Assembly (NCBI RefSeq): GCF_009914755.1
Contig: NC_060948.1
Length of the DNA stretch: 64,000 nucleotides
From: the human T2T-CHM13v2.0 reference genome, Homo sapiens
Direction: 5' to 3' (one strand)
Shown here: piece after piece, positions 55,415-64,000 of the stretch
Position numbering within the stretch: position 1 is the stretch's first letter
Layout: each line of letters begins with the position of its first letter
Notes under the pieces: model-generated
The model's database searches: none
What the model saw: only the letters and a program-made list of their open reading frames with translations
What the model was told of the DNA's origin: nothing
Position numbers and translations under genes: made by a program

Positions 55415-55818
55415 TGTGAGGTCTCTGAGCCCAAGCTAAGCCATCATATCCCCTGTGACCTGCATGTACACATCCAGATGGCTGGTTCCTGCCTTAACTG
55501 ATGACATTCCACCACAAAAGAAGTGAAAATGGCCTGTTCCTGCCTTAACTGATGATATTACCTTCTGAAATTCCTTCTCTGGGCTCATCCTGGCTCAAAA
55601 GCTTCCCAGCTGAGCACCGTGTGACCCCCACCCCTGCCAGCCAGAGAACAACCCCTGCTTTTCCTTTACCTACCCAAATCTTATAAAATGGCCCCACCCC
55701 TATCTCCTTCCACTGACTCTCTTTTCCGACTCAGCCCGCCTGTACCCAGGTGAAATAAACAGCCTTGTTGCTCACACAAAGACTGTTTGGTGGTCTCTTC
55801 ACACAGACATGAGTGAAA
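55415..55818 (+). mobile_element. LTR7 (HERV-H) solo LTR
   Basis: TGTGAGGTCTCTGAGCCCAAGCTAAGCCATCATATCCCCTGTGACCTGCA...TATAAAA...AATAAA...GAGTGAAA; perfect 5-bp TSD GTTAA. Confidence 0.94.
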
Positions 55819-56266
55819 GTTAAATGGATCTTTTATGGCCCTATGATCTACACTTTCCTTGGAAGCTTTTGAAAAGTGTAAAAAAAAATTTTTTTTTTTT
55901 TTTTGCATTTCCCCATTTAAAACAGCAAGAAATCCCAATCCCTTCTAATGGCTTGTATTGAACTTTTATATTTGAATTAAAGATTGTTAAACACCAAAAA
56001 AGCAGATGTTTTTTGTTAAAGACAGTAAGAAAAAGTTAAAGACAGTAAGAAAAGACAAAGAAAGTCATTATTTAATGATAAAGGGATCAACTTAGCAAGA
56101 GACTAAAACAATTCTAAATGTATAGGCACCCTACACTGATGCACCCAGATACATAAAATAAGTATTACTAAACAGAAAGAGAGATATATCCCAATACAAT
56201 AATAGTGGGGATGTCAACACTCAACTCACAGCATTAAACAGATCATTTAGATTTTAAAAAATCAAC

Positions 56267-56695
56267 TGTGAAAGGAAGATAAATCTTGGAGCCCCAAAAT
56301 TACTAAGCTAAAGGGGAAAGTCAAACTGGAAACTGCTTAGGGCAAACCTGCCTCCCATTCTATTCAAAGTTATCGCTCTTCTCACTGAGATAGATGCATA
56401 TCTGATTGCCTCCTTTGGAAAGGCTTATCAGAAACTCAAAAGAATGCAACCATTTGTCTTTCACCTACCTGTGACCTGGAAGCCCCCTCCCTGCTTGAGT
56501 TGTCCCACCTTTCTCAGTGGAAACAATGTGTATCTGACATATTGACAAGTCTTATGTCTCTATAAAGTGTACAAAATCAAGCTGTCCCCTGACCACCTTG
56601 GGCACATGTCAGGACCTCCTGGCACACATCCTTGACCTTGGCAAAATAAACTTTTTAAATTAACAGAGACCTAGTTCAGATATTTTGGGTTCACA
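56267..56695 (+). mobile_element. MER4-family solo LTR
   Basis: TGTGAAAGGAAGATAAATCTTGGAGCCCCAAAATTACTAAGCTAAAGGG...GGCAAAATAAAC...TTTTGGGTTCACA. Confidence 0.88.
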
Positions 56696-56791
56696 CAGTA
56701 AAGAAAGACTGGACTTAAATTAGACTTTACACGAAATGAACCTAAAAAGCATTTACAGTATATCTACCCAAGAACTGCAGGTAATTCATTT

Positions 56792-57239
56792 TGATACGGC
56801 TCCAATGAGTGGAGAAACACCAGGGTTCTTCATCTTGAGTAGAATTGGATAAAACTACACAAACACACATGGAATGGTTTTAAGGAGCAGAGAGTTTAAT
56901 AGGCAAGGAAGAAGGAAGAAGCTCCCCCATACAGAGACAGAGGGAGAGGGATTCCAAGTCATGAGAGGAAACTGTGAGTGTGACAGAAACCAGCCACTTT
57001 TATGAGGAGGCTGGAGGAGGTAGTGTCTAATTTGCATAGGGGTGACGGGATTGGTTTGACCAGGCATGTCATTCACATAGCCCGTGAAAAATCTGGCCCT
57101 CTCACCCTAGCTTTTTAATTGCAAATGCAGGATGCCATGATGTTCTACACATGTGGGGATATGTTGGGGAGGCCATGTTGCCAGGCACATGTTAGGGCAA
57201 GGGCAAGAAGAAGGCAGTGGGAATCACCATGTTTGGGTG
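56792..57239 (-). mobile_element. Partial ERV1 LTR (LTR9/MER61-group), cut by an LTR19 element
   Basis: Minus strand ends ...CCACTCATTGGAGCCGTATCA, with a CCTATTAAAC poly-A signal and a CCAAT box; the exact family is uncertain. Confidence 0.65.
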
Positions 57240-58291
57240 TGTAAGAGTTAAAGAAAGAGGAAAGAAACATGAAACACAGCTTGGCAGTCAAAGACAGGTT
57301 TTCTTTAGTTAAAACCTAAGAGGCGCCCCTGGCCAATTTCGGTCAGGAGCCCTTTCTCTTACAGACTAAGGGTATATATTGGTTTTAGGGTGGGGGGAGC
57401 TTAGAAGCTTGGAATGTTTATGTGTGTGGAGAAGTTTATGGTGGGGTTGGAATCTCTCTGGGAGGAGGGGAGGTTATCTTGGGGCAGACATCTTACCAGC
57501 CCAGAAGGGGTTATCTCGAGGCTGGCATCTTCCTGGATGGAGAAGGCTTATCTTGGGGCTAACATGTCTCTGGACAAGGAGGAGTCTGAAATGTTTCTCG
57601 TTGGAGATGTTATTTGTGGTTTATGGTCATGCCAACCTTAGCCATTAAGCTGATGCCCTTTGGATTTAGGTGGTTTTTATTAAAGTGAACTTTAGAATTA
57701 GGGGCTTGTCCAAGATGGCAGTGCTCCTGCTCTGTCAATCCAGACCTTATCATTGAAAAAAGGAGGAGAGATGGTGTTTTCATTCTGGTTACTTCCTGCT
57801 GACAAGGGGATGAACGGTTTTCTGGTCTTGGGTTGACTGCAGAAGCAATGCTGTCTGTAGATGGTTTTGGGTAGTTGTTTGTGAAAAGGCCATGATCCTG
57901 TGAGTTAAAAATCTTTGAAAAAGGTAAATTAGGTAGGGTAAGAACATTAGTCCCAAGCATATTGTTAGAAGAGGGGCCAGGAACATGCTACAATTTTGTT
58001 CCCAAACCAAGAATTTATTTGGTTGTTTTGATATTCTTTTAGCTTTTTAGCCCTTTCCTTAAGTTTTTCAGCAGTAATTTTTACTAGGCCTGATTGGTTG
58101 ATACAGAAACAACATACCTTACCTAATGAGAGGCAGAGGTGTGTGTTTAGAAAGGCCTGTGTGTTATTTTCTGTTAGTAACCATTATTCCTGCTATAAGG
58201 ATAATAATTAAGCAAAATGCTACGGTAATTGAGATTTTTTGTCTGATATGCCACCCTGAGGGTGCCACAATATATATTCTATGGCAAATAG
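57240..58291 (-). mobile_element. LTR19-type ERV 3' end: LTR 57240-57737 plus env TM remnant
   Basis: LTR homologous to 46317-46813; ORF 57789-58010 'FLAPLLTICLGLMFLPYLIYLFQRFLTHRIMAFSQTTTQ' parallels the env remnant at 26991-27300. Confidence 0.82.
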
Positions 58292-58989
58292 TAAATTAAA
58301 CATCTTTTCATAAGAAAAATCTTCAACAAACTAGGTATAGAAGAAATATCTCAAAATAATAGAGGCTATTTATATGACAAACCCACAGCAAACATCACAC
58401 TAGATCTACAGAAGCTGAAAACATTACTTCTAAGAATTAGAAGTGGACAATATTATCCACCTTCACCACTCCTACTCAACATAGTATGGAAATTCCAGCC
58501 AGAACAATCAAGCAAGAGAAAGAGATAAAATGCTTCCAAGTTGGAAAAGAAGTCCTTTTCCTCTTTGCTCATTATATGATCTTATATCTAGAAATAACTA
58601 CAGGTTCACCTAAAAAAAATCAGTAGCATTTCTTTAAATTAAAAATGATCTAGCTGAGAAGGAAATCAAGAGGGAAATCCCATATTCAATAGGAACAAAA
58701 AAAAACCCTAGGGAAATATATTTAACTAAGAAGATTAATTAATTAATTTTAACGAAGAAAAACTTAAAAAAAGATTGATAAAACAAATTGAGGATGACAC
58801 AAATAAACTATCCAATGCTCATGGATAGAAAAAATTAATATTTTTAAAATAACCATACTGCCTGAAGCAATTTATAGGTTCAATGCAATTATATTAACAT
58901 ACAACTGTCATTTTTCACAGAATTAGCAAAAATAATTCTAAAATGTAGATGGAACAAAAAAGGAGCCAGAGTAGCTAAAAGAATCATGA

Positions 58990-61984
<2,995 letters not shown>

Positions 61985-62094
61985 ATTATATTATAATGTT
62001 ATCATAACAAAAAGCATGGTAGTCACATAAAAATAGACATATAGATCAAAGAAGCAAAATACTGAACCCCAATGTAATGCCACAGATTTACTGC

Positions 62095-63061
62095 TGTAGG
62101 GGTGTGTTGCCCCTCCACACCTGTGGGTGTTTCTCGTAAGGTGGGACGAGAGACTTAGGAAAGAAAAAGACACAGAGACAAAGTACAGAGAAAGAAATAA
62201 GGGGACCCAGGGAACCAGCGTTCAGCATATGGAGGATCCCCCCAGCCTTTGAGTTCCCTTAGTATTTATTCATCATTCGTGGGTGTTTCTTGAAGAGGGG
62301 GATGTGTCAGGGTCACAAGACCATTGTGGGGAGAGGGTCAGCAGACAAACACGGGAACAAAGGTCTTTGCATCATAGACAATGTAAAGGATTAAGTGCTG
62401 TGCTTTTAGATATGCATACACATAAACATCTCAATGCTTTACAAAGCAGATTGCTGCCCGCATGTCCCACCTCCAGCCCTAAGGCGATTTTTCCCTATCT
62501 CAGTAGATGGAACATACAATCGGGTTTTATACCGAGACATTCCATTGCCCAGGGACGGGCAGGAGACAGATGCCTTCCTCTTGTCTCAACTGCAAGAGGC
62601 ATGCCTTCCGCTTATACTAATCCTCCTCAGCACAGACCCTTTACGGGTGTCGGGCTGGGGGACGGTCAAGTCTTTCCCTTCCCACGAGGCCATATTTCAG
62701 ACTATCACATGGGGAGAAACCTTGGACAATACCTGGCTTTCCTAGGCAGAGGTCCCTGCGGCCTTCCGCAGTTTTTGTGTCCCTGGGTACTTGAGATTAG
62801 GGAGTGGTGATGACTCTTAAGGAGCGTGCTGCCTTCAAGCATCTGTTTAACAAAGCACATCTTGCACCGCCCTTAATCCATTTAACTCTGAGTTGACACA
62901 GCACATGTTTCAGAGAGCACGGGGTTGGGGGTAACGTTATAGATTAACAGAATCTCAAGGCAGAAGAATTTTTCTTAGTACAGAACAAAATGGAGTCTCC
63001 TATGTCTACTTCTTTCTACACAGACACAGTAACAATCTGATCTCTCTTGCTTTTCTCCACA
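62095..63061 (-). mobile_element. HERV-K(HML-2) LTR5 solo LTR (967 bp, LTR5_Hs/LTR5B-like)
   Basis: Minus strand TGTGGAGAAAAGCAAGAGAGATCAGATTGTTACTGTGTCTGTGTAGAAAG...GGGGCAACACACCCCTACA; TSD ACTGC. Confidence 0.95.
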
Positions 63062-63109
63062 ACTGCCTGCTGATATTTGACAAAAGTGGATAATAACACA
63101 CATGAGCAG

Positions 63110-63620
63110 TGTAAGGTCAGCTGAGAGAAAGGAAAACTAGACCCAAAGTCAGGCTAGAGAGTTTTTATTGACCTGCCAGTTGCCCCTCTTAACAGTCAAG
63201 GAAAGCAGCCCCAAACTTACAGAATGAGGGGTTTATACTGGGGAGCGGAGTTTGAGGAAGTTCTTTGATATGGCCGCATCCCAGGGTTGTTTGCTGGTTA
63301 ATTTTGCCACATATCACCTTGTGATATTTATTACAGGAGGGTATAGGTAAAGTTTGTTTATGCTTCCCATGACCTCCCCCTTTGTGGTCTGGATGTTTTG
63401 TAATTAGGGTTTGATTATCGCAGCAAGGTCTAATAAGTGAAGTCTGCTGGCTTCATTATGGTGCCCAGATAAGGGCTTAGAAATGTAAAGAGGCTTGGGG
63501 GAAGGGTGGGCAGCACAGAGAAGTGTTGCAGAGCATTAGTGGAGGGGTGGGCAGCACAGAAAGTTTTGTGAGGAGTGTTGGCAGTACCAAGAAGCTTTCT
63601 GGGGCAATTTGTCCTCAACA
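63110..63620 (-). mobile_element. ERV1 solo LTR, probably LTR15 (HERV15)
   Basis: Minus strand TGTTGAGGACAAATTGCCCCAGAAAGCTTCTTGG...TATAAA...AATAAA...CTGACCTTACA; degenerate TSD AGCAG/GGTAG; family assignment is from memory. Confidence 0.65.
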
Positions 63621-64000
63621 GGTAGAGGGCACCCTTTTCAATAAATGATGCTCAGAAAAGTGAATAGCCACATGCAGAAGAATGAAACTGGATCCATATC
63701 TCACACCATATGCAAAAATCGTACAAGACTAAAATAAAAGACCAAAGATAATAAAATAGTAGAAGAAAACTTATAAAAAACTCTTCTGGACATCAGTTGA
63801 GGTAAATAACACAGGATTAAATCTTCAAAAGTAGAAATAACAGAAACAAAATAGACAAATAAGATTTAATTAAAAGCTAAAAAGCTGCACAGCAAAATAA
63901 TCAATAGAATGAAGAGACAGCCTATTGAATGGGACAAAATATTTGCAAACTATTCCTCTGACAGGGGACTAATATCTAGCACAAAAGAAACTGAAACATT

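Noticed and set aside
62283-62810. 175-aa and 103-aa ORFs
   Set aside because: They lie antisense within the LTR5 solo LTR, with no coding hallmarks.

Overview
Primate (very probably human) genomic DNA made almost entirely of nested transposable-element fossils. I find no intact protein-coding gene, RNA gene or CRISPR array. Contents: at least ten LINE-1 elements or fragments (including a full-length but inactivated L1PA5-like element with a 20-bp TSD and a 5'-truncated L1PA3-like element), about 20 Alus, a decayed HERV-L/ERVL gag-pro-pol region, a complete MER51-type ERV1 provirus, two LTR19-type ERV remnants with env TM fragments, and solo LTRs (MST, LTR19, LTR10, LTR8, LTR7, MER4, LTR5 and probably LTR15). 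The only host-gene-derived feature is a processed SFPQ pseudogene (about 41950-56001). It is inserted in an old L1 and split by the 10.2-kb MER51 provirus. From memory this fits SFPQP1 on human Yq11, but I have not verified that. The most unusual signals are DNA-repair and rearrangement scars: a 108-bp in-cis templated copy of L1 ORF1 pasted into the same element's 5'UTR, two orphan inserts flanked by roughly 90-100-bp duplications (one carries a strong 3' splice site), a perfected 17-bp inverted repeat, and chimeric Alus at deletion junctions. I see no evidence for a new functional biological system. Subfamily names come from recalled consensus sequences and need RepeatMasker/Dfam confirmation.
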